A DNA stretch of 63,047 nucleotides, the filler included, from Reticulomyxa filosa (lineage: Eukaryota; Protista; Foraminifera), in the NCBI GenBank assembly GCA_000512085.1. It is 17 parts of 17 records of this genome, joined end to end, with 100 filler letters (N's around TTAATTAATTAA, not from the genome) between each part and the next. Parts side by side here need not be neighbours in the genome. Positions count along the whole stretch, not along the records: positions 38,389 to 47,523 come from ASPP01020044.1; positions 47,624 to 49,202 come from ASPP01038331.1; positions 49,303 to 50,387 come from ASPP01013801.1; positions 50,488 to 56,118 come from ASPP01014703.1; 13 more parts are not named here. One strand, 5' to 3'. A model generated the notes under the pieces. It ran no database searches. It was not told the DNA's origin and worked only from the letters and a program-made list of their open reading frames with translations. Below are positions 44,238-56,218 of this stretch, piece by piece; the stretch's first letter is position 1, and every line of letters begins with the position of its first letter. Made by a program: the position numbers and the translations under genes.

Positions 44238-47200
44238 TTTTTAAAATTTTATTCACAGTAATAAAAAAATGTTATATATGTGTATATATTTTATTAATCT
44301 TAAAATATAATTAATTATACATTTTATCATGAGTTCAATTTATCTCTTTTTTTTTCCTTTCAATCTTACTCTTTACGTCATAATGAAAATAATTTATAAC
44401 ATATATAATAAATAAAAACATTTCAAATTTATTACATATTTTTTATTTCATTTTTTTTTGCATAGGAGTAACATATTTCAATATTCAAATGCATCGTAGC
44501 AGTATTTCTCTTTCTTAAAAAAAACTTTCTGCACTACCATTAATTCATTAGGAAGCAGTTTATAAAATATATGACACTTCATGTATTGCCTCAGCAGACA
44601 GAAAAAGAATTTTATTGAATATTATTATAAGAAGATTATAATATCTTTCTTTACAATTCGCGCAAAAAAATTAGGAAAAAATGAATTGGAATTATTTAAA
44701 AAATCTGCATTCACTTCAGTTTGAGATGCAATGGTAGAAGCTCAACAAGCACTACAGGCTAACACAAGCAGCAGTGAAGGAATTGCAAAGTGTGGTTGGA
44801 TAACTTTGAGTTGATATAAAAATTTGATTCAAGACTTTGAGAACACCCCTGAGGATCTCTCGGGTGTCGAAGAACTTTGGCGATGACAACATGTTAATGT
44901 TTTATTGCATATAATTCATTGACACTTTTTGTCCTTCAGAAAGTGCTTTGGGAGGACTGGATAAAGTGCATAACTTTATTTCTCAAATCATTCGAAAAGC
45001 AAAGTAATGTTGTTGTTACCTTACCTTTTTTTTTTCTCTTTAACGTGCAAGTTTTTTTGCGAGTGATATAAATATTCATCCCGTAAGAATAAGAAACTTG
45101 TTCATTGCAAATTGTATGTAAATATTATGCAAAGAAATGACATTGTTGGCATTTTTGAAACAATATAGCATTGGCACATCCAAACGAAATGGATAACTGC
45201 GACGTCCAAACTCATATACATAGATTTGTCCATCGGTCGCAAGAAAGCTAAATTTTTTCATAAGTCGAATAGAGTCCACACTGCATTCATTTGTCGTTTC
45301 CGGAATGACTTGGACAATGTATGAAAAGACTTGATTCAAATCCAAGCCATACTTAATCAAATGCAATAAGTCTTGGATTAAGGTGTGTTCATTTAAACGG
45401 TCTTATTCTATGTGAAGCATCATAAGCTTCATCTTTGTTTTTCTAAGTTTGTGTGAAAAAAACAATGTCAGGATAGCAACTGTGATACATGTACGCATAC
45501 AAAGATATCTACAAAAACGTAGTTGAATGTTATAAAAATACAAGAACAGACAAGAAAACAATCAGGAACAACGATGAAACAATCAGTTGTAGAAAGAGCC
45601 AATCACCAGAATGTAGCTACATGAAAAAGATTATCAGTAAGATCAACAGTAGAAAGAGCAGCAAGTTGTTGATATTTTCTCTTTAACACACTCATCAAGT
45701 GCTTGCTACAAAAGTTTCATTTTATGTCGAATAATTCGTGTACAAGTATTGATTTGTTTTAATATGAGACTTTCAATGAGAAAATTTCTCAAAAATAATT
45801 TGCACTTTATGAAATAGAAAATCTCTTATTAAAAAAGCGGATGAAAATACATTTACATAAATAAATGTTTTAAATAAATTGTCTGATTTACATTTTCAAA
45901 GCTTATAAAAATAATTTTTTAATTTCCAGATTGCTAAAGAAATAGTAGTTGAAAATTTTAGATAGATTGACAATGGTTATTCATGTAGAATGCAAAGTAA
46001 AGTTGACAAATAAAACGGCACATTATATAAATGATTGAAAAAAACAACATTCAGACATAATTTTTTTTTATTTTACAAATCGTGTAGTTTTTAAATATTA
46101 TTTTGAATTTAATTTTTATTATATCTTTCATAATTGTTTAAAAAATTGTAATATTTTATTGATTTTGACTTTGTCATAACCATGAAATTTGACAACTTTG
46201 TTTTAAGCATTTTCAGAAAGTAAAAAAGATTAGTCTTCTACGTTGAGTAATTTTTTCAAAGCTTGTGCATTATAAAGGCATGATAGTTTTGATTACTCTT
46301 TGTTTTGTATACACTCATTATTTATTTTTTTGTCCAATGACAAACAAGAACTGAAATTTTTTTTTTAATGAAAACTACATTTTGGTTAAATCACCTTTTA
46401 CATTTTATAATGTTCATATTCGCTCTGATATTGATTTTGTTGATTTTATAAATGTTTCTTTATCAAATTATTCAAATTCTAATTCAATTTGTTTCCAAAG
46501 TTCTTATTTTGATATGAATAGTCTATTTTTATATATTTTATTTTCACTATCTACAACATATTTTCGATTGTATTTATATCTGGAGAATTTATATTGAAAT
46601 ATAATACTTTGATAGTATTTTGTTCAAAACATTCTTTTATTGTAATTGCTTTGTGCTTGTAGCATTATCTTAATGAAATATACAATATTCATTATCTTCT
46701 AAACATCAATTAATACTTTTGAGCATTTTGTTACATATAATATCTTTATAAATATCTAAATTGACACATCCATCAATTTTACATAAATAACCAGGTCATA
46801 ACACTACATAATAAGACAACACGAAATTCGTTATTGTACTTTTAACAAATGATATTTTCTTAATTTCTTCTTAATAAATTTTTCAGTCTTTAACATTAAC
46901 TCACATTTACGTACATATTCATGGTTTCACGAAGTTTTTTGAAACTTTGTTAAAATTTCAGCACTGACTACTAAACAGATCAACATCACAACATCTGCTA
47001 AAATTCTAAACTCATTTAATCATTTTTTTTAAAAAATAAAAATGATTAAAAAACTAAATATCGAACTATATTTAAAAGAATAAAAAATAAAACTATATTT
47101 GATAAAATAATTAATTATTTTATCAGAAAAAAACCATTTGAAATGAATGATTGATTATACAGTATAATGTAAAGTAAAATTGACAACTTAAACTGCACAT

Positions 47201-47878
47201 TATATATATGTATATATGATTGATTTTCTTCATGAAAAAAACAATATTCATATATAATTTTTTTTATTTTATTTTTTGTTAAGTAATCACTTGGCATGAA
47301 GAATTTAAATTCTTATTTGTCAATATTGTCAGTAATTTTTTAAAAGAATCAAAAGATGGATTGTCTTTAAATTTTTACAATTAAGAAAGAAAAGTGGTAG
47401 TAGTCTATATATATACATATATATATGCTAATTAATAACATTATATAATTCCTCATTGTAAATTATATCAATGAAGAAGAAGAATTATTTGTAGTAAATT
47501 GAATCAATTAAAAATATTGATTANNNNNNNNNNNNNNNNNNNNNNNNNNNNNNNNNNNNNNNNNNNNTTAATTAATTAANNNNNNNNNNNNNNNNNNNNN
47601 NNNNNNNNNNNNNNNNNNNNNNNTACTTTCATTATTTCAAGACTGTCACAATCTCAGTCTTGGTTCATAGATAACAAATGATATTACTTTTTCACTGAAA
47701 GTTCTCGATACAATAATTCAACCTTTCATTCATTTCAATCTTCTTTGCTCAAATTATGTTTAACCAAATCAAAAATGCTAATGTAAAATATTTTTTGCTT
47801 TCTCAAAAAGGGTCAGATCACAGTCCCTTTTTCTAAAAAAAAAAAGAAACTAAAAAAAACTTCCTAAACCTTAACAAC

Positions 47879-49159
47879 ATGGCCAAGCAAACTACAACAC
47901 AAAACTCTCAAAAAAGAGAAACTGAACAAATTCAGCAGAGTAATACCCACTTTCAAACTTTGAAGGAGTTGCCTACTCCACTTTATCAATCTCAATGTGT
48001 ACTACACAAACACGAATTCCTCATTTGTGGAGGTTGGCATGAAAGAACTTGTTATTCTTATCATACACTCAAAAACGAATACAAGTTTATCTGCAGGTAT
48101 CCAAGTCATGTTATATTACGTGGACACTGTGTAGTGAAACTGGTAGATAGCAACAGTAACAACGACAAAGACAACAATCAAATCACTTTGTTGTCTTTTG
48201 GTGGATCTAAATATACAAAAAAACATACATTGGTGATGAAATATGTAAGTGTTTGGAGTGATGATGAAAATCAAAATGAAATGAATAGGTCAAAAAAATT
48301 AAATGAATTCAATCAATTCACCAAATCAAACAATGACAATAAATGGCTTCCTTTCACAGAAAATCGCAATTATCCAATTATCATTGGAAGAGAAAGAGAT
48401 CATGATTATAATGGAGCGCGTGCATTGATTGGTGGAATCAACAACCATTTGTTATTTATCACTTATCGTAAAAATAATATTAGTGTGTTTGATTTAAATA
48501 CATTTCAATTTATTAAACATGATAAATTACCAACTAATCAGAAAATGGACAAGTACAAGAAATGATGAAAACAAATAAACAAAATTATCAAATGTTGTTG
48601 TTTTGTTTCGATACAGGATTATCAATTGAATATGATGAAGATAATAACACGTTTCGATTTTATAAGCTGCCTGTTTGTGATGATATTGCACCATTCTATC
48701 AATATGCATATGTGTGTATCAATGATATGATTTTGTTCTTTGGTGGATGGGATTTTTGTAGTGTCGTTTCAAAATCAGTGCATAAGTATTCAATTCGAGA
48801 AAACAAATGGACGACATTTGAAAACACTTTACCCAGTCCAATATTGCAATATTGAGTGAAGAAGACAACCATATACATATCATTGCAGGATTAGATGATG
48901 AAAATAAAGCCGTATTAACTCACATGAAGACTAAAGTGCGTATATGGGATCCTTCACAATTAGTAATAATTTATTTATTTTGATGAAACATAAATAAATT
49001 TGATTGTGTGAAATATATTGATAAATAATAAATAATGGATAGTCAAAACAAGAAATAAGATTTATTATTTACCATTGGGTTCAAATTTTAAGGATAAAAT
49101 TAGGATGGATCGAAGATTTTGATAAAATTATTTTTAAATACAGTATGAATAAATTTTGA
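47879..49159 (+). pseudogene. Kelch-like beta-propeller gene of a lineage-expanded family, frameshifted
   Basis: LICGG, LLSFGG, ALIGG, ILFFGG blades; frame breaks near 48540 and 48840; terminal exon 49043-49159. Confidence 0.75.
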
Positions 49160-49302
49160 AAGAGCATAATTAAAATATTTGTTAAATATGATTTTGTTTT
49201 GGNNNNNNNNNNNNNNNNNNNNNNNNNNNNNNNNNNNNNNNNNNNNTTAATTAATTAANNNNNNNNNNNNNNNNNNNNNNNNNNNNNNNNNNNNNNNNNN
49301 NN

Positions 49303-49583
49303 TGCGGCGATGTTAAACGCAGATCGCGGCTAAAGCGTTTTTTCAGCAATTGCCAGCGTGCCGGATAGTTAGTGTCGCCCGGCGGCAGTTGCCAAATGGT
49401 ATGCATATGGTTAGGCAATACCACCCAAGCGATAATCGAAAACGGCATGGCCCGGTGCGCCAGACGAACCGCATGTTTTAGCAAATCAATATGGCTGATC
49501 AGCGCGTGGCTGTTGCGATCAGCAAGATTACAGGTAAAAAACCAGCAGGCACCGGTTTGATAACGGCGACGATAACGTGGCAT
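49303..49583 (-). mobile_element. REP-associated tyrosine transposase (RAYT, IS200/IS605 Y1 HUH family), bacterial, 3' truncated
   Basis: MPRYRR..GACWFFTCNL, AWVVLPNHMHTIWQLP (HUH motif), YPARWQLLKKRFS; no introns; GC-rich. Confidence 0.92.
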
Positions 49584-49621
49584 ATTGAAACCATAAAGTT
49601 AATTTAATTTTAAATATGTTA

Positions 49622-49642
49622 GTATGGCGGGCAGCGCCCGCC
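49622..49642 (+). repeat. REP-like hairpin GTAT-GGCGGGC-AGC-GCCCGCC
   Basis: Perfect 7-bp stem preceded by a GTAG-like tetranucleotide, just upstream of the RAYT start. Confidence 0.75.
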
Positions 49643-49669
49643 AGCCGTGAATCGAAAAATTTGTTGGGT

Positions 49670-49721
49670 GGATGTTAACGGCGGATGTTAACGGCGGATG
49701 TTAACGGCGGATGTTAACGGC
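49670..49721 (+). repeat. Four perfect tandem copies of 13-mer GGATGTTAACGGC
   Basis: Read directly. Confidence 0.95.
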
Positions 49722-49776
49722 TACACATGGTCTCGTTGGTGGGGGCGCTGGTGTTGGTGGATGTCGATATCATTGT

Positions 49777-49797
49777 GTAGGGCGGACAGCGTCCGCC
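49777..49797 (+). repeat. GTAG-family REP: GTAG-GGCGGAC-AGC-GTCCGCC
   Basis: GTAG + perfect 7-bp stem; compensatory pair change relative to the 49622 copy. Confidence 0.85.
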
Positions 49798-49972
49798 GTT
49801 AACTAAGCCCACGATTAACAAACCCCATCGCTAACAAAACCCACGGTGAACAAAGCCCGCCCAACTTAACGTCTGTCGGATGTAACGTTCATCCAATACC
49901 ATACCGCAAAGCCGTTGCTCTGCCTGCCGCCTTGGTTTATCTTACCGACCAGATAAACCGTTGAATTTATTC

Positions 49973-50387
49973 ATGTCAGCTGCAAAACCCCATGTGCTGT
50001 TATTAAGCAATATCCCGGCGCCTTACCGCGAGCCGCTGCATCAGCTGTTAGCGGCGCAGCCTGACTTCAGCTACCAAGTGGTTTATTGCGCACACAAAGA
50101 ACAAAACCGCTTATGGCAGCTGCCACCACCGGCCTACCCGGTCACTTACCTTAAAGCACGCCAGCTTAGCTGGTTTGGCCGCGAGATTTATGCCGGCTCA
50201 GATATCACAAGCGTATTAAATAGCGCCAAGCCTGACGTTTTAATTGTGTTTGGTTTTTCGTTGCCGATGCTGCAAGCCTATTGCTGGGCCTGGCGTCAGC
50301 GGGTAAAACTCATCGCGTTTTCCGACGGTACCCCGGAAAGTGAACAACCGCTGTCCTGGCTGCATCGTTTATTGCGCCGGCTGGTTT
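49973..50387 (+). CDS. Bacterial GT-B glycosyltransferase (family 4-like) N-terminus, truncated
   Basis: LLSNIPAPYREPL, KEQNRLW, KPDVLIVFGFS, FSDGTPESE; no introns; GC-rich. Confidence 0.75.
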
Positions 50388-50487
50388 NNNNNNNNNNNNN
50401 NNNNNNNNNNNNNNNNNNNNNNNNNNNNNNNTTAATTAATTAANNNNNNNNNNNNNNNNNNNNNNNNNNNNNNNNNNNNNNNNNNNN

Positions 50488-51735
50488 AAAAAAAAGAAAA
50501 AAAAGAAAAAAAAGACAAGCAAACACAAAAGAAAGCACGTTTGCAAAAAAAGGATAAGTTTGACAAGAGATTCCACACACTGGACAAAGAGGGATTGAAA
50601 ATCATCGACCACCTATTGCAAGACGGCACCTACTACTTCCTGGTCCAAGGCAACTTGTGGAATGACATTAAACTCGAATGTCACGACCATGAGCACCTTC
50701 CACACAAAAGCAACTTCACGACAACAATGACAACAATGACAACAACAACAACACCATCACCATCACCATCGCCACCACCACCACCATCATTATCAATGAG
50801 AACAACAACAACAACAACAATGGCCTCGAATCCGACTGAAATTTCCGTTTGGTGCAAACATCAACATATTCAAAAGTCCCGATTGCACGATCACTATTGT
50901 CGTTACTTGCAAGAGCACTCACTCGACTATGTTCCTTCTTTTTTTTTTTTTTTTTTTTTTTATCTCTTTATCTAATGCATTTGCATTCTTCAAACATAAT
51001 CAATCTTCCCTCAAATAAAATAAAATATATACATATATATATATGCTTTGCATTCAACATATCCTCTCAATTGGACCCAACAGAATCTTATGGACAGGTA
51101 CATACATATATGTATATATGTATATATACATATATACATATATATACATATATATACATATATATATGTATGTGTATATGCATATGTAATGGACTTGTTT
51201 GATTGTGTGCGTATGTATAAAGAGATGATATATACTATGTGGAGAAAGTGATTGGACACAAAGGCGACAAAGTCGGGTCTCGCGAGTTTTATGTGAAATG
51301 GGAAAATCACCGCTTTTCGAAAAGCGACGACGACTGCCTGCAGCCAGAGGAGAACATGATTGGATGCGAAGTGTACGAGCGCTATTGCGTGAGTCGCAAT
51401 ATTCCCTATCTGTACAAAGACGAAGGCACCTTCGAAGTGCGCATTGTCTTCCCGCCGCTCCACAACCCGTCTGGCGCTTCCATTGCCAGGAATTACTCGC
51501 CTCTCGATAATGATAATGATGACGATGATCCTTTGTCGTCGGACGTATCCGTCTCCGACGGAGTTTACAACGTGGATGATGATAGTGACGATAACGATGA
51601 ATATGATTACGACTACGATGGTAGCGATGGTAGTGATGGTAGCGATGGTAGCGATGATAATGCAAATGGGGATGATATGCTCATGGATCCCCGTCAAATT
51701 GATAATGCCACACATCTTCACAAAGTTTATATATA

Positions 51736-51773
<38 letters not shown>

Positions 51774-53858
51774 CATACATATACATACATATATATGTAT
51801 ATGTGTTTGAAAAGAAAAGGAAGAAGCGAGCCAACAAAGAGAACGAGAAAGAAAAAGAAAAAGCAAAAGCAAAAGCAAAAGCAAAACGGACAGAGAAAGT
51901 GGGTTCCAAAGCAAAATGACGAGTGAGGAGTTGAAGATGAAGATAGACGCGGAGCGCAAAAGAATCGAGCTGAAGCAGCAACACGAGTCGTGTTCCGTCC
52001 AATTGAAAGTCGACCCGGTGTCCACCAAATTCTTACGTCACATCCATCTCTCTTTCCAAGACTGGCTCACGCACTTTGCAACACGGTCCGCCCATTCCAA
52101 ATTCATTGACATTCAAATGCTTATGCATGCCGACATTATCCTCTGGTTTATATACATATATACATATATATATATATATATGATGGATATATGTATATGG
52201 GTACATTGCCTTGTTCTGTTCTCTATGTCGTTGATTGATTGGTAAAAAAAAGTGTCGGTGCGAGTGGAAGCGGCAAAACAACGCTGTTGAAGAACTCGAA
52301 AGCGTTTTGCAGGGACGTAAAGTTTTCGCCATCGTCGCCAGAGGGCATACGCTGGGGCCCCACCCAGTCGGTGATTTCGCACTTTGAAAATGCGAAGAGG
52401 GGACGAGAGTTATTGGGCAGCATCGGACTCAACAGCGTGCCTACGTGGCTGTCACCCTTTCCTGTTCTGTCCACCGGTGAAAAATATCGTGCTAATTTCG
52501 CTCGCTTATTGCAAGGTATTATTATACAAAATATATATATATATTTATATATATTGTATATGCACATATATACCAATATATATATATGTATATATTAGAA
52601 GCGTTGCAGTTCGCTGATACAAAGAACTACATAATAGCAATCGACGAGTTTACGTCGGTGTTGGATCGACAGACTGCTCGATGCATGTCGATGTCGATAT
52701 CAAAGTTTATCCGCAAAGCAAATAAGTTGAGACGCAAGGCGAGCATGACGAAGCTTTGTCCGTTTTTCTTGTTGAGCAGCAACACGGATATCATCGCGTA
52801 TCTGCAGCCGTCGTGTCTGATCATGTTGGACGCACAGGGCAATCCAAAGGTGTTTGACAAACAGGCCATTGCAAACATCGACGTGCAAGTCGTCGTCGAC
52901 TGGTCCGAGGCTGACCATATCATCGAGCCCTTTTCCGTTCTCTCATCATCATCATCATCGTCATCCTCTTCGTCATCCTCTTCTGTGTCCCATGATACCA
53001 ATAACAATGATAATGACGATGTAATATTTGTAGCCACCAAAACAAATACAAATGCAAATGTAAATGCAAATGCAAATGCAAATGCAAATGACGCAAGTGA
53101 AAAGCACGTATACAGACCTGTTCCTGCCGTCACACGTGTCCATGAACTTTCTTGTCGAGTGCAACTGGATCTCGTCACGTCCAAAGCCGCAAAGACCTTT
53201 GATTACATTTTTGATGGCAATACAATTCTTTTTCTATATGTACATTACACTTTTTTTTTTTTTTTTTTTTTTTTTTGGAATATATATATATTTTTATATA
53301 CATATATATACATATATATATATATGTATACGTACATATATATGTACATATATGTGTATATGTATTACGTGCACGTTAAATTGTGGAAACTTAGGCGTAA
53401 TTCGCACAACGGTGGCATATTTAAACGGAACAACGAAACTCATGGACATAGTGAGCACAAAGAGCTTTCGCGTAGGCGTGATAGTCGGGTGCAGTGGGTG
53501 CGGCAAGACAACGACGGCGAAGACGCTGTTTGGCGATGCCATGGACCTTTCGCATATGTGGCGGCCTGATGTGTCGATCTTGAGCTACTTTCGAGACTTG
53601 AGTACCGCCGAGGAGCTGTTCGACGCCGTCGGCATCCCTCCTCGTCTCTGGATGAAAACCTTCTTCCAACTCAGCGAAGGCGAAAAGTCGCGCGTCGAAG
53701 TGGCACTCGTCCTTTTGCAAATGCGCTTTCACGATTACAGTCTCAATCCCAATAAGTTCTTTGTCTTTGACGAGTTCACGTCCTACTTGGATAGACCCTC
53801 TGCGCTCGCCGTCGCTATCGGGGTTAACAATTATGTCATGCGACACAATCTCCAACGG

Positions 53859-53912
<54 letters not shown>

Positions 53913-55055
53913 TATACATACATATATATATATATAATTAAATAGATTGGTGTTGTTGTGTTGTTATTCGGACGTTGTCGACAAACAATGCTTTGAACAC
54001 TCATTGGCGTTTATTGTGGACATGGTTGCGAATCAAATCATCTACATCCCCGATGGCAAACCTGATGCGCTTTCCCGCGTCCCCCCTTTCGTCTCGCGTC
54101 TGGCGGATCTAGATGATGTGTCCATTCTGTCTCCGCAAGGACATGAGTCCGCACGCTACAATCGGCTCTTCCATGGTGATATACAAACTGTTTCCAAACA
54201 CTTTAATGTTCCTAAAATCTGGTATTTGAAAAAAAAAAAAAATAGATATATACATATATTTATATATATATATATATAATATATGTACATATATATTTAT
54301 ATATAGGTTGTATTTGGAACGATGTCATCGCTTTTGGTTCTCGCCACTGTTTTCAAAGTACCATTATTTGACGCAGACGATATTCGGTGGTGCCACGTGC
54401 TGGCTTATCAAAGCGGTGTTTGCCGACGCGAACGTGACGCCGGACCACGACAAAGTTCAGCGGGCACGCTTTACGGCAAGGGACAAGAAAGTGTTCAAGG
54501 ACTTGGAGTATCCCGTGGAACTGGTCGGGTTCATTTCCTCCATTCACCACTTTGGGCTGCGCTTTGATCAGAGAGAACACAGAACCGTCATTCTCCCCAA
54601 CTATCAAGGTCTGGGCTTTGCTAGTCGCGCTGCCGACGCTATCGCCGAAATATACGCAAGGCATGGACAGACATTCCTGAGCAAGACATCTCATCCGGTT
54701 TGAATGCTTTCTTCCCTCCTTTCTTTTTCATTTAAATAAATAAATATATGTATATATACATATATATATATATTTATTTATTTATTTGTTTTATTTGTTT
54801 TATTTGTTTGTACAGAGATATGGCAGATATCGTGACATGTCAATACTGTGGTCTGAGACCATATCGAACCACAAAAAACAGGTCCTCGCGGCATGGGACC
54901 GCTCTTCTCCGAAATTCGCTGAAGTCAAAACAAGAAAGAAATTTTATTCGCACTTTTTCAAATTGCCAAAAGAAAGAGATAAAAATGCGCAGCAATATCT
55001 TGAGTCGCGTGTTCTCTTTATCAATCAAGATACAAAAAAGATTAAACAAAAATGA
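50488..55055 (+). CDS. Chromo-like + chromodomain + 2x soluble ABC ATPase + GNAT acyltransferase fusion, 10 exons, 5' partial
   Basis: In-frame exon model 50488-50930, 51084-51097, 51223-51724, 51820-52145, 52253-52515, 52599-53216, 53395-53857, 53946-54221, 54307-54697, 54816-55055. Motifs: YVEKVIGH..FYVKW..QPEENM; GASGSGKT/LSTGE/IDEFTS; GCSGCGKT/LSEGE/FDEFTS; HYL, RTVILPNYQGLG, KTSHP. Confidence 0.8.
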
Positions 55056-55983
55056 TTTCAATGGTTCTTTTTTTTTTTTTTTTTTTGTGATGTGTGTCTT
55101 GCGAAACACTGAATTGGGTTATTTATTTTTTTTTTTTTTTTTTGTTTAGCTGTTTTGTTTGTTTGTTTGCTCAACAACGAAAAAGATTACTCCACACAAT
55201 ATGTTCCTTCACACAGTCTCTCAATAAAACAAACAATTACGTTTTTATTTAAATTTGTTTTTCATTTCAGCGGACAATGCTTGGATGACTTGTTCTTTGC
55301 TCAATTCATTAAATGAAGTGATTGTATAGTGTGTGGTACGGAAATCCTTTGAAAAGAGAGTTTACGCAAACAAAGAAAACAACGTATACTAAAACAGATA
55401 CACCGTTTTTTTTTTTGATCGAACAAGATTACGGCTGCAAAAACAGATTAGATGCGACACCTTTAGTGCTGATTGTTAGTTGCATTTTTAATAATAAAAT
55501 TGCTTGATAAGGAAAAAAAAATGTTTAAACAACCAAAAATTATCTTTATTTCCTGTTCCGGGCGGAAAAGCTTGAATGTAAGATATTGAACTAGTTGAAA
55601 GACTTTGCAGAAGAAGTTGAAAACAAATTGATTGTTTGAGACCTTTGTTGTTTTCACTTTTATATAACAAATAAAAAATCGATGCATTTTTGCATTTAAC
55701 AGACCACACAGTTTTTGTTTCTTATGAATAGTATTATTAGATCTTGTCTTTGTGAAGCAACAAGTACAATACTTAAAATATCTTGCAATTTATTTTACAA
55801 TTTTCATTAATTACGCTTTTAAATGCTTTAAAAAACATTGAACGCAAATTTTTCAATATTTTTAAACAGTAAAGTAAGATAAAACACATCTTTCAATGCT
55901 TGCTTTCAATTAAATCAAACAAGTTTAATATAACATTACTTTTCAAACAAAGCATTTTCATTTTTATTGAACAAAAAAGTAAG

Positions 55984-56118
55984 TTATCCCCAAATACGAA
56001 TGTGACCTTTGAATGAACCATAACATAAATTCAAATCATATTTAACATTATTAGTCTTTTCTTTCTTTTTCAATACGATAAATTTAAGACAATATATTCC
56101 ACCATCTTCTTTATCATC
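55984..56118 (-). CDS. 3' end of a WD40-family gene (expanded family)
   Basis: Reverse strand reads DDKEDGGIYCLKFIVLKKKEKTNNVKYDLNLCYGSFKGHIRIWG*. Confidence 0.8.
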   Translation of the reverse strand, partial: DDKEDGGIYCLKFIVLKKKEKTNNVKYDLNLCYGSFKGHIRIWG

Positions 56119-56218
56119 NNNNNNNNNNNNNNNNNNNNNNNNNNNNNNNNNNNNNNNNNNNNTTAATTAATTAANNNNNNNNNNNNNNNNNNNNNNNNNN
56201 NNNNNNNNNNNNNNNNNN

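Noticed and set aside
44700-45450. GC-richer patches and a 96-aa minus-strand ORF
   Set aside because: Look like decayed gene remnants, but no family is recognisable
49620-49900. Possible CRISPR array
   Set aside because: Repeats are directly tandem or only two copies; no unique spacers of regular length and no cas genes
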